Below are positions 11,177 through 23,700 of a DNA stretch of 64,000 nt, one piece after another. The notes beneath the pieces were generated by a model that was not told the DNA's origin, ran no database searches, and worked only from the letters and a program-made list of their open reading frames with translations. Numbering within the stretch: position 1 is the stretch's first letter; each line of letters starts with the position of its first letter. This stretch comes from Cenococcum geophilum. Lineage: Eukaryota. The translations under genes were made by a program, and so were the position numbers. The stretch covers positions 10,726,001 through 10,790,000 of the forward strand of contig CP158636.1 in the NCBI GenBank assembly GCA_050273025.1, given 5' to 3'.

Positions 11177-13417
11177 TTAGCCACCCCAACGAGCTAGCCA
11201 CCCAAGCGAGCCACCCAAAATTACACCAAAATCAGCTGTCTTTATATATTAATAACTCCACCACTACTTAATAAATAATTATAAAATTAAGTATTTAAGT
11301 ATTTAAGTTAATAGGTTATAAGTTTTTAATATTTAAAACTTAATTATTTAACTTTTAGTTTAAGATATCTATTGATTTTTTAATTTTTTAATTTTTTAAT
11401 AGCAAAAGTATAACTTTAAGAGAAATAATAATAATTATATTTAAAAAGTTTATTATATTAGTAGTATAGGTATATAAGTATTTATTTTTAAATTTTTATA
11501 ATTATTTATTAAGTGATGGTGGAGTTATTAATATATAAAGACAGCTAATTTAGGTGTAATTTTAGGTGGCTCGCTTAGGTGGCTGGCTCGTTAGGGTGGC
11601 TAATATTACGGCACTGGCAGAAAGCGGCAGCTATAGTAGACGTTATAGTAGACGCAGGGCTCACGTGACTCTCACGTGACTAGGGATCGTATATAACTTC
11701 TTGCGTTGCTACTTGTCCTTTCCCTTCCTTTTCTTTAGCTTTAGATTCTCGTTTATAGACATTCCAATCATATAGGCTTACGCGTCCCTTTTGCCGTGCC
11801 TATGCCTCAATTAACTAAGTCGCTAACATTATCTAAAGCTCTCTCTACTCTTTCTTCCTAAAAAGGAACTTAAATATATCTATAAGACTACGAATAGGAC
11901 AAGAATATAGAATAGGACCCTAAGGATAAGACCTAAAAGGAAAGAATAGAACCCTAAGGAAAGGACCTATAAGATACGCACAGACTAGAACCCCTAAAGA
12001 AATTACCCGGAATTACCTAATACCCCTACTACTATACCATAAACTATAGTAGCAGGTAAAGCAGCTGTAGAATCCTTAAATACTTTAAACAAAGAAACAA
12101 TTAACGTTTTAACCCCCTAGGCGGAGCTTACGGCTGCCAATACTAAAATTAAACAACTATAAGAGCTACTTAAAGCCAGAGATACCCCTATATCTAATAA
12201 TAAGTCATTATTAAATAACTAAAGACTTACTATAGTCCTTTAGGCCCTATTCTAGCGCCTTAGTGGACCCACTAAGACCTATATAGCACCAAAGCGGTTA
12301 GTAAAGGTCGTGGACCCCCTACTACTTATAGATAGAACCGACCCTATATTTAATAATTAGAAGCTTTAATTACAGAATAAGCTTAAAGTTAATATAGATT
12401 ACTTCCCTAACGCCTAAGCCAGAATAGCCTATGTCTTTGGCCGTACTAGCGGAGACGCCTAGACGCATTTACGCCCATAATATACTAAAGACTTAGCAAA
12501 CCCCTTTATCTCTAAAGAAGAAATAATTAAATACTTGTTTTCTATTTATAAAGACCCTTTTAAAGTATAAAATACCTACCTTAGCTATAAAAGCCTAAAT
12601 ATAAAAATAACGGAGACCTTTTCAGCCTTTTAAACTTACTTTCTATACCTAGCCGGACAGGCCTAAATCCCCTAGAAAGACCTACTACCAGACCTCTTTA
12701 ATAAGCTTACCCTAGACCTATAGCGGGCCGTATTACTAGCTTATACTATAGCACAGACGTTAAAGGAACTTATAGACTATTGCCTAGCTATTAACTAAGG
12801 CCTCTATTAAATTAAGGCATGTACTAATTAGCTAAAAACTAGAAACCTTATAAACTAGGCCGTAAGTACTATAAATACGGCCTGTAGTGCCCTAGTATAA
12901 TCGGTAACTCCTATAGTTAACCTAGTAGCTAGCCGCGTAGCTACCCCTACTGCGGGCCTAGTATATACCTAGCCTATATATAGCAACCCCTGTATATAGA
13001 CCCTTAGTAATTAAGAAGCTTACTTCTTATACGGTTAAATAGGCTACCCTATAAGGAACTACCTAATAAAGGTAAAGATAAATAAGGTCCTATTAATTTA
13101 GGAGGACAGTATAGAGCTAGAAAAAGAGGAACCCTAAAGGAAGACTCCTCTTTAGGGTTAAAAGGGATTAATATGTTATATATTAATCTAGGTTGGCTAG
13201 TTAGTAAAAGAAGCTGCACTATTTCTTATACTTTATTTCGCAATAAATATTAAGTTTTAACCTCTACTTTAGCTAACTCTAGAGCAAACGCCCTTGCCTT
13301 AATTAACACCTAGTATACCGTAAAACTAGCTAACTTTTTAAATATACCTATTAAAGAACTACCCAAATTAATTCCTATTTGTGGGTATAGCGGACGGATA
13401 GGGCTACCTATTATAAC

Positions 13418-16400
13418 TGTTACGGCTCAAACAAATGCCTCTGAACCGAAGCTTGAACGAATACTGTATTACCAAGATACTAAGCTAAAGAGAAGGAAAA
13501 GGGGTCGCTAGGACCGATGTAAACAAATATATAGGGTGAGCCGCTAAGGCGCTAGCTTTAGGCGGGCCAATCGCAGGTCGGCAGAATATAGTAGAATTTG
13601 GCAGGTAACGTGCAATAGCGCCGTTATATCACCCCCCTCTTTGAAAGAAAGCCTGCCCTTAGGCTTAGTTAGAAAAAATAGGGTAGCACTAGGCTTATAA
13701 ACGTAGGATTATAAAAATATAAGATAAGGAGATAAAAGGGGACATAAGTCCGTCCTAACTAAGTATAAAGGGCGATTGTGGGCTAAGTGGAAGCACTAGG
13801 CTAGAAAGAGTAGCCGCTAAAAGTCTTAGCACGGATCTAACTAATTAGACAACTTTAACCGGCGGTTAAAGTTCCTGGATATCTGAAATTTTACGGTACT
13901 AGCAGAAAACGGCAGAATATGGCAGAATTTGGCAGATAGCTATATTAGGGCTTTGGGGCGTTTTTGTCCCTATATTCTTCTAGTAACTTATCGTCTTTAT
14001 TATACCAGCATTCTATCCATTCGTTTAGGTACTTTAGGGGTCCAGGCGTATTAGGGTATTGGTTATAGAATTCTTTAAGCTTCTAGGGGCAGCCTATAAA
14101 GTTCCACGTAGGGTACTAGGTTAGGTCAGGATTGTAGCCCTTCTATTAGATACGGTATTTTAGCGCTCCCTATACTATCTTATAGGCCAGTATTTTGTTA
14201 ACCTCCTATTCGTTATTACCATTTACTTAAACTAGTAGGGGAGGCTTATTCTTTTATCTAGGTAATAGGTTGTTTATAGCTTTCCGTAACTTATCTAGTA
14301 AGAAGATAGGGTAAACCCTAATTAAGTCTAGGAGCTTTATCTTGTATAAGTTGCCTATCTTCTTAAGAACCTTATACGGTCCTGCTATCTGGTAGTTTAG
14401 CTTACGGCTAGGTCGTTTGGTTTTCCAATTCCTTATTATAACCTAGACTATATCGCCAGGGGTAAAATCGGGCTCTTGACGGTATTTGTTCGCCTACTAT
14501 TTTATTAACCTCTAAGCTTTTTCTAGGTTCTCGCGGGCTACCGTCTAGGCCTCCTCCAATCATTTGGTATACTATTGGGCCTTAGTATAGGATAGCTTCT
14601 CTTATATAGTCTAGGGTTCTTCTAGCCTTTTCCAGTTAAAGCTTATGCGGGGTAAGTATCCTATTTCTAGCTAAATCGGGGCAAACCCTGTGGAGTCGTG
14701 GGGTAGGGTTGCTTGCGTATAGTCTATTAAGGGTAGTAGTTTAGACCAGTTGTCCTAGAAATAGTTAACGAAGGGCCTAAGCCTCTAGTCTAGGTACTAA
14801 TTTACAATCTTTATCTAACCGTCTATCTGGGGGTAATAAGCTATAGAAAGCTTTAGCTTAATACCTAGGATCTGGGTAAACTTATTCTAGAAGGCTAATA
14901 TAAACTATGGCCTGTAATCGGATATAATAGTATCTAGTAGTCTATAGATTTGGTAGACGTAATAGATATATAGCTAGGCTGCCTCTTTAGTATCGATATT
15001 TTTATAATATAGAATTAAGAACGGGCGTTTACTAAAGCGGTTAACTATAACTATAACTATATTATATCCGTTACGGTCCCTAAGTAGTTCATAAAAGTCT
15101 ATAAAGATATACTGCTAAGGGCGCTCTAGTATTAGGAGTAGCTTAAGTAGTCCTAGGGTCTTATCCCATGGGATTATAACTCTCTGGCAGTCTTCGCAGT
15201 TCTATATATATTAATTAATATCCGCAACCATTCTCGGCTAGTAGTAGTAGTAGTTAATAATTTTACGGGTCTTGTTCTTGCTAGGGTGTGCCGTAGAGAC
15301 TTAGTAATAAGCTTCGCGGATTAGTTTGGTCTGTAGATTATTAACGTTAGGGACTATAAGCCGCTCCTGGTATAGGAGCAATCCTTCCTCCGTCTTAAAA
15401 TTAGGGTCTCCTTTTACGGCTTATTCGCGGAGGGCCCTTAGGGCATTAGCTGTGCGGTTTATAGTTAGGAGGCGGTTAATTAGCCCTATTAGCTTATCTA
15501 AGGACTCCTCTATTAGTGCTAGCTCGTTTTGCTAGGAGTCTAGCTTCTTAAGGATCCGCGGGTCAAGCTATTCTAGATAGAGGAGGGTGCGCGTCTAATA
15601 TTAGGTCTTTAGCTTATCCTAGGGTCCTACGTCTTATTCTCTTTAGGTTAGGGTATTAGCTTTAGAGTTTTGCTTGCTAGAACGATATATAATCGTAAAG
15701 AAGAATTAGGAGAGTATTTTGGCCTACCGGGCTTATCGCCCTATAAGCTGCTTTATAGTTATAAAGTACTCTAAGGCTTTGTAATCTGTATATATCTTAA
15801 TCCGGGAGTTTATACCTTTAAGCTCTACGCGCTATTAGGAGAGTAATTAAATAATAGCTAGCATTTCTTTATTATATACTTTATAGTTATACTTAGCCGG
15901 GTCTATTATCTTTAAGAAGAAAGCTATAGGGTACCATTCGCCGTCTAGATGTAACTGTAATAGAATTCCCGCTATGACCCTATTAGAGGCGTCTGTTTTT
16001 AGCATTAATTTAAGGTCTAGGTTATAGTAATAAAGGATTAGGGAAGAGATAAGCCGATCCTTTACCTCTTTAAAGGCCTCTATATAGCTATTATTAAAGA
16101 CAAAAGGCATATCCTTCCTGGTTAGTCGTATAAGAGGTTTTACCACAATTCCGTAGTCACGGATAAACCAGCAGTAGAAATTACAAAAATTAAGGAAGGA
16201 CTAGATTCCTTTTACTGTGTAAGGGGGCTTCCAGTTACGGATTACCTCTACCTTCTTAGGGTTAACCTTAATTCCTTCTATAGTTATAATAAACCCGAGG
16301 TATTTTGTACGTTTTACCCCAAACTCGTATTTCTTAATATCGACTTATAAGCCCGCGTTCCGTAGTCTCTCCAGGACCTTCTTAACATAAACTTAATACT

Positions 16401-19400
16401 TAAGTTCGTCGTCTGAGTATATAAGAATGTCGTCTAGGTATGCCATATAGAATTCGTTAAGGTAATTAAAAAAAACGTCATTTATATACCTTTAGTACGT
16501 AGCCGGTCCGTTTATTAGTCTAAAAGGAAGAACTTTATATTTATAGGAACTATAGCGGGTACGGAACATTATTAAATCTTTAAATACAGGGTCTATCCTA
16601 ATTTAGTAGAAAGCTTAGCGGATATTAAGTTTAGTAAAGATCTTTGCCTGGCTTAGACGTATAAGGGTCTTATTAATTAAAGGAATAGGATACTAGTCCT
16701 TTTAAGTAATAGCGTTTAGCTTTTAATAGTCGATACAAAAACGAAGGCCTCTATTAGGCTTTTTTACGAACAGGATAGGAGAAGTAAAAGGGGCTTAACT
16801 TAGCTTAATAAACCCTTTATCCAGGTTATCAATTAAGTACTACTTTATTACTTTTAGCTTATCCGTTAATTAATAGTAGAGAGGGCTATAGCCTAGCAAG
16901 TTATAGGCCTCTAATTAAATCTTGTGATCGTACGTCTAGTAAGGGGGTAACTTGTTTAAGGCCGCCTTTAAGAATGCATCCTTATAGCCTATATAAATAG
17001 TAGGAAGGAGGCGTTTAACTAGTTCCTCGTCGGTTTCCTTATCTAGCCTTTCCTCTCTATTATTAATAATTCGGTTAATCTTATATAGGCTCGTTATAAA
17101 GACCTTATTGTCCTTCTGGTATATATTAAAGTAAAACGCTACAGCGCTAATTACAGCGATATCTACGGTAGGGGGGTTGACTGACAATAGGGGCGTATGT
17201 AACTTTAGGGACTTCCGGGGTACTAGCGTTATTATTACTCCTTTTAACTCCTATTGTATCTTTCAGAGGTTATCCCTTATATCCTGTTAATACGTTCTTT
17301 TCTATAATGGTTAGATCTATATAATTTAGACATTATCTACATTATTATCTATCCCACTTCCGTACGTAAAGTCCTCTTTAAACGTAGCGCTTCGGGAGAG
17401 TATCTTTATCAGTACGAAGTTCTTTCCAGCTTCGCGGCAAGCGTCCTCTTAGGTAAAGGCTAGGTCACGGGCCCGGATATCCTACTAGTAGGTAGGGTTA
17501 GCCCTTACGGCTAGTGTCTTGCGGTTAGTTCGGATCTCCCTAATAAAGGAGGGCAACCTTAGTCTATCCTCCGGCTAGACAAACTGTCTTTTTTGTACGT
17601 TTAACCAAATATCAAAATAGGATATCCATTTTCGTCTAAGGATTATATTATAGGACCCTAGGTCTAGGATGTAAAAGGGGATACCATATTAGCGTCGTCC
17701 GTTAAAAGCGATATATAACTTTAAGACGTGGGTAACAGGCCGACCGGCTTAGCCGTTATAGCCCTTTACCTAGACAGGCTTCTCTAATTAGATGGCTTCT
17801 GCATTTAGAAACTTAGCAACATTATTTATATAGGTAGTATTTATAAAGGCGAAGCTATTTGCTCTAGTGTTAATAAGGGCGGTTATATTAACTCCATATC
17901 CATTTTAAGATACTATATATAGAACTGTAAAATGCTTTCCACCTATTAACTAACTGAGATTAATCTCTTTGAGATTGATAGGGTACCCTAGGGGGGAGTC
18001 TTTCCCTAGGGTTCTTTTTTTCCCAACTTATCGGACGTTTCTTCTTCCTTTATCTCCTTAATATTGCCTATATTCTTTAGCTCCGGGTAGGATAAGGTAA
18101 AGTAACCTTACTTATCGCAGTTAAAGCACGTGGCCGAGGTAGGGTTAATTAGAGTATTACGGCGAATACTAGTTAATGGCGTAGTACGTAGCTAGTCGGG
18201 CGAGGCTTGCCGGTGCGTAGTTATAACCGTCTTTAGTATAAAAGTAGTTATAACTTATCTTCCTACTCTAGCTCCTATAGGTATAGCTAGCGAGTTTCAA
18301 TTATTACGGAGTTGCTTCTGCCAATTAGGGCGGGCGTTAATCCGCTTTAGTTCTAAGTCTAATAATAGGCAACGAGCTGCGAGTCTTTTATGGGTTGGTA
18401 GGTTATTTAAGGTTATAGTAATCTTTTCTTATAGCTAGATTATTAGCTTATTATACAGGTCTAATTAGTAGTTCTTAAGGGGAACCTAGCCTTCTCCTAT
18501 AAGGTATAGAAATTAAGTCTAGAATTTAGTAAAGGGTTAGTTTGGTTTTATTATTAGGTAATTATAGTTATAACGGGTATCCCGTACTTTGTTTGGGTTA
18601 ATATAGATAGCCGCTAGGTGCCGTATTATCTTATTAATAGATATAAATCGGACAGGGGAGTCGTCCTTAAACTTGGCTTAAAGGTGCTGTTAGGCGTCCC
18701 TAGTGGTTTAACTAAAGAGGTAGAGCATTTTGGCTTCTTTAGAAAGGAAATAGTTATAGTTAACGCGGAGCTTTCCTTATACTTAAATTCTCTAATTCTT
18801 AAAGGTAGGGTCTATCCCGTTAGATAGTGGTAGGGGGTCAGGGAGCTTAACGGACTTTAATTGCTTTGTCATTATATCCGTACTCCCTGGTGTATTGTAT
18901 TTAGTAGAGTAAACAGGTCGACTAGGGCTTTAAGAAGGGGAAGCCAGGCTATTTTATAGGGCCGTAAGGCTTTCTAGGATCTCTTATAGGGTCTCTTATA
19001 TATTTCTCGCTTTAAGACAATCGGCTTCCTAGCTGGCTACGAGGGCACAAATCTGCTCGCGTATGTCTACGATATTATTATTGTCTTCGATTTCTAATCC
19101 TAATTAGATCTTAGGTTCCTCTCGGGTAGAGGCAGCTCTCTTAAATAAGCTTGCTTTAGGTGCTATTATTAGCTTCCCAAGGTTCGTTAGTATCGTATGC
19201 TTTAGTTTCAATTCTGGGGGTATAGGTCCAGTCCTGTCTAGCTTATAAGGTGGGATATTATCCAGGCCTTCCTAGGCAATGTAGGGTTGTTTTAGTGTCT
19301 AAGTATAGCGCGTTAATGCGTTGTTACAGACAAAGTTTCTTTAGGGTGGGATATTATTGAGGCCTTCCTAGGCAAGGTAGGGAGAGCTTAGTATAATGTC

Positions 19401-19607
19401 ACGGCTTAAATAAATGCCTCTAAACCGAAGCTTAAACGAATGCTGTATTACCAAGATACTAAGCTAAAGAGAAGGAAAAGGGGTCGCTAGGACCGATGTA
19501 AATAAATATGTAGGGTGAGCCGCTAAGGCGCTAGCTTTAGGCGGGCTAATCGCAGGTCGGCAGAATATGGCAGAATTTGGCAGGTAACGTGCGATAGCGC
19601 CGTTACA
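13418..19607 (-). mobile_element. Ty3/Gypsy chromovirus B (full length, RIP-inactivated), inserted in the protease region of A
   Basis: 211-bp LTRs 13418-13628 and 19397-19607, TSD ATAAC/ACAAC, minus-strand PPT next to 13628, RT AYLDDIL near 16435, RNase H ORF fragment 15847-16146 (KTDAS..IAGIL). Confidence 0.93.
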
Positions 19608-20537
19608 ACAACTATCTTGCGTATTTACCTCCGTATTAACGGACGAAGATAGTATAACATCCCCTTCCTTATTACGGACCTAGGAAGCCATAATATAATC
19701 TTAAGAAGAAAATAGCTAGCTTATTTAGGCTTATACCTTAATATATGGAGTAGGCGGCTTATCTAGCCCAAAACCCTACCCCTGACCCCCTCCTTTATAA
19801 AAGAAATTAGTATTACAATAGAAAACCTTATATAACCCTAAATTAATACTATCTACTAGGCTAACGCTATATGTAGAGACTAGGCCTTTAAGAAGGATAT
19901 ATAGCTTAACCCGCAATAGATCCGTATACTATGCCACCCCTAGACTACTTATATTACGCCACCCATACTATAGACTTAAGAAGTCGGTAGTAGTCTACTT
20001 AAGTCCCTAGTAGAGAACCTAGGTCCTAAGCAGCTATAATAGAAGGCTAGAAATATTAGATAATATACTAAACTAATAGACTAAAAGGATAACCTACGGA
20101 AAATAGAATATAAGCTAAAGAAGACTATAAACCCTATACTACAAAATACGGCCTAATAAACACCTGTAAAGAAACCTACGGACCTCCTACTAGTTAATAT
20201 CTGCTATATTGGCGCTATAGGATTCTACCAGAATCTAGTTCAGCCTAATACTATTACTTTTACTACTAGCTTATATGAAATTAATTAAATAATTAAGGAA
20301 AAAAAAAGTAAGCTTAGTAAACAGGAAAGTGAGCTTATAGATAAGGAGCTAGTAGAATAGAAACTACCCCATTAGTACTAAAAGTTTAAGGATATATTCT
20401 CTAAGGCAGTATCTAATATACTTCCACCTTATTAACTGTATAACTATAAGATCGAGATTAAGCTAGATAAGGAAAATATCCTTAGCTATACCCCCCTTTA
20501 TAAACAACCTATTACCGAAATATAGGCCACTAAGTAA

Positions 20538-20734
20538 TGTGACGGTTCGGCTGACTGCACGACGTCGTCACACTAAAATATAAGCAAGACGGATCAAGGT
20601 TGTTCCAACGCCGACGACGTACAGGGTCGCCTGCTGTATCCTTTGCTAGCTCCTCATTTTAGTCTATTCATAATATAGCCCCTTATTGCTGCTTAATCTA
20701 TCGGATTGCTTCCACGGGATCGCTAGCCGTGATA
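20538..20734. mobile_element. Solo LTR (197 bp) inside the RT of A
   Basis: TGTGACGG...CCGTGATA ends (TG..CA with RIP), 5-bp TSD AGTAA on both sides; A's RT sequence resumes afterwards. Confidence 0.85.
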
Positions 20735-23700
20735 AGTAATATATTATGGACAACTTAGTAAAGGGGTTTATTAAGCCTAGTTAGGCCCTATTTACCTCCC
20801 CTATTTTCTTTATAAAAAAGCTAAATAAAGGACTTTGTTTCTACATTAACTACTATAAGCTTAACAATATAACCCGTAAAGACTGCTATCCGCTGCCCCT
20901 ACTAGATAAGACGCTGGCCTAAATAAATAGAGCTAAAATATTTACAAAGCTTAATATCCGTTAGGCCTTTTACTAAATTAGGATAAACCCTAGATCTATA
21001 GACCTTACTATATTTTAGACTAACTAACGGACCTACTACGTACTAACAATATATAAACGATGTACTTTTTAACTACCTTAATGACTTCTATACGGCCTAC
21101 CTAGATAATATTATAATTTACTCTAAGAACGAGTTAGAATACAAGGAGCACGTCTATAAGGTCCTATAACAGCTCTATAAGGCTAGCCTTTAGGCTAATA
21201 TTAAGAAGTTAAAGTTTAGTATAAAGCGTATAAAGTACCTAGGGTTTATTATTAGTATGGACGGAATTAAGGCAGACCTAAAAAAGACGGCCGTAATTAA
21301 TTAATAGAAACCACTACGGACCGTAAAAGGGATACAGTTATTCTTAGGCTTCTGTAACTTCTACTAACGCTTTATTAAGAACTACAGCAGAATTACTTAG
21401 CCCCTAAGCCGCCTTACTATAAATGTTACGGACGCTTTAAGTACGATGTTACGACTACTTGGAGAAGAGTCGGAAGAAGCTAGTTGGTTAATATAGGCAC
21501 GGTCCAGGATGGAACCCGTGGAACTATGTGACGAGGAATGGTAAGCAAGGTCACGTGATGTGATCTGTGTGATCTGTATAATCTGCGAGATCTGTAATAG
21601 AGCGAATAGAGCAGACAGAGTAGATAGAGTAACGACTTTCTTAGGAGTACGGTTGTGTATTTAAGGACCCTCAGTCCCTACCTAGATAGTTCCTTCCTTA
21701 TAGTGATTCTCAGAATATAATTAGAGTTAATCTATTGGGCAACTACTCCACTAGTTGTTATTACGCTGTTAACTTTATTCGATACCTATACACCTAGCCC
21801 ATTAATGAACCTACCGTAGTACTTGCTACAAGGTCCCGTTATACAATTACTACTACAGTTACGGCTTAATAAGTCAAACAATATGCCACCAAAAGCAGCC
21901 ACCACAACGCCATTGACGGCGGCAACTACTTTGAGATTAGGTAACGACACTAGTATGGCAGACACTGACTCGCAACAGCCTATGATAGTAGGGTAATTAT
22001 AAGAAATAGTTAACTAACTAATAGAAAACAATGCGGCACTTAAACAAAGGATTAATGGGATAGGGGTAGTAAAGGTTAAGTTACCTTTAATTAAGAGATT
22101 CTTAGGAGAGAGGTTAAAGCTTAAAGAATTCCTTACGCAAATATATTTTAAGGTTGCGTAAGAGGGAGTAAAGCTGGCAATACCTATGGATTAAATAGCG
22201 TATGTAGGATTGTTCTTATTAGGAAGAGCACTTAAATGGTTTAAGCCTTACCTTATAGAAATATAAGCAAATGGAATAATAACGATAAACCAGGAAGTAC
22301 GGTTTATATTCTTAAGCTAGAATAGATTCGTAAAGCGACTTATATAAATGTTTGGAGACCTAAAGGCAACGACCACGGCGGAAAGAAAACTCTAAGACAT
22401 TACGCAACGAACCTTAGCTATTAAATATATAATATAGTTCTAAACGTTAGCGATATAAGTTAAGTGGAATAATAGGGCGCTTATAGTACAGTATAAATAA
22501 GGACTTAAGGCTAAAGTTTAGGATATAATTATTCTAATAGAAGATGCGGACACTTTAAGGGAATTAATAGATTAAGCGATTAAGATTAATAATAGGATCT
22601 TCTAAAGGGAACAGACTAAGAGGTTAGAATAGAGTTCCACAGTTATATAAGGCGTAGAGCACGCAATAACAAAAGCTAAGTTAGAAACTATGGTATGGCG
22701 TAGAACTAATAGACCTAAGCGGTACTAAAGAAGCCTATAAGAGATGGAGTAAGAAACTATAGAAACCTAGAGGTTAAGGATTTAGTGATTATAGGACTAA
22801 GGAGTATAGGCTAAACCAGAAATCTTATTAGTAGAAGATATTTAGGCGGACTCTATAATAGAGTTAGTGGTTTAGAGATAAAGCTTATATAAATTGTAGG
22901 AAATAAGATTATTTCGCAAGGGATTATAAAGATGGTTAGAGTTACTATATAATAAAGGGAACTAGACTAATAGTAGAAGATATATATGTATAGAGGGATA
23001 ATAGTATACTATAAGAAATAAAAGAGTTTTTAATTAGAAGTTTCGCGTTTTGTTATAATAACGTATACCGAATTTATAAAGACACTAAATACGGTATAAG
23101 CTATTGGCTATAAGAACCAGAGTTAAGAGGACTTAAAGGGACTTAAGAGTTAGATAAAGAATAAGATTAACTCTACAAGCTAGATTGAGATATTATAGTA
23201 ATATACGGATAGAGATTAGCAATAATAACAATAGAGTTAGAGTACTTATTAATTAATAGCGATAAGGATAGTAAAGGAACTAACTGGGAGTATCTAAACC
23301 TTAATAATGTAATAGAAGCAGAGACTAAGACCGCTATAGAGTAAAGTTTAGTAACGGGTATTATAACACCGTTAGATACGGCATCCATTGCTTTATAAGA
23401 CGGAAGGAGTAATATCTAAAGATAATTAAGCAAGTAGACAACTGCTAGTGCTAGCTCACCACTTAATAAAGGTAAAAGGCCATAGGCTTAAGATTCTTAA
23501 GACAAGATAAGAGATAACTAAGATTCTTAAGATGGGATAAGGCACACCTAAGGACCTATAATAGACGAAAACCAATGGAGTAGGGTAGTAGCTCAGTTCA
23601 GAAACATACGGATAAGCTTAGGATAAGAGTTTTCTACGGCATAAGACTCTTAAGATAAGATAAGTAAGATTTAAGACTCTTAAGAAGAGATAAGAACATT

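Noticed and set aside
13824..13874. Hammerhead ribozyme as the explanation for the shared module
   Set aside because: No CTGANGA/GAAA core in a suitable arrangement found on either strand, though RIP could obscure it
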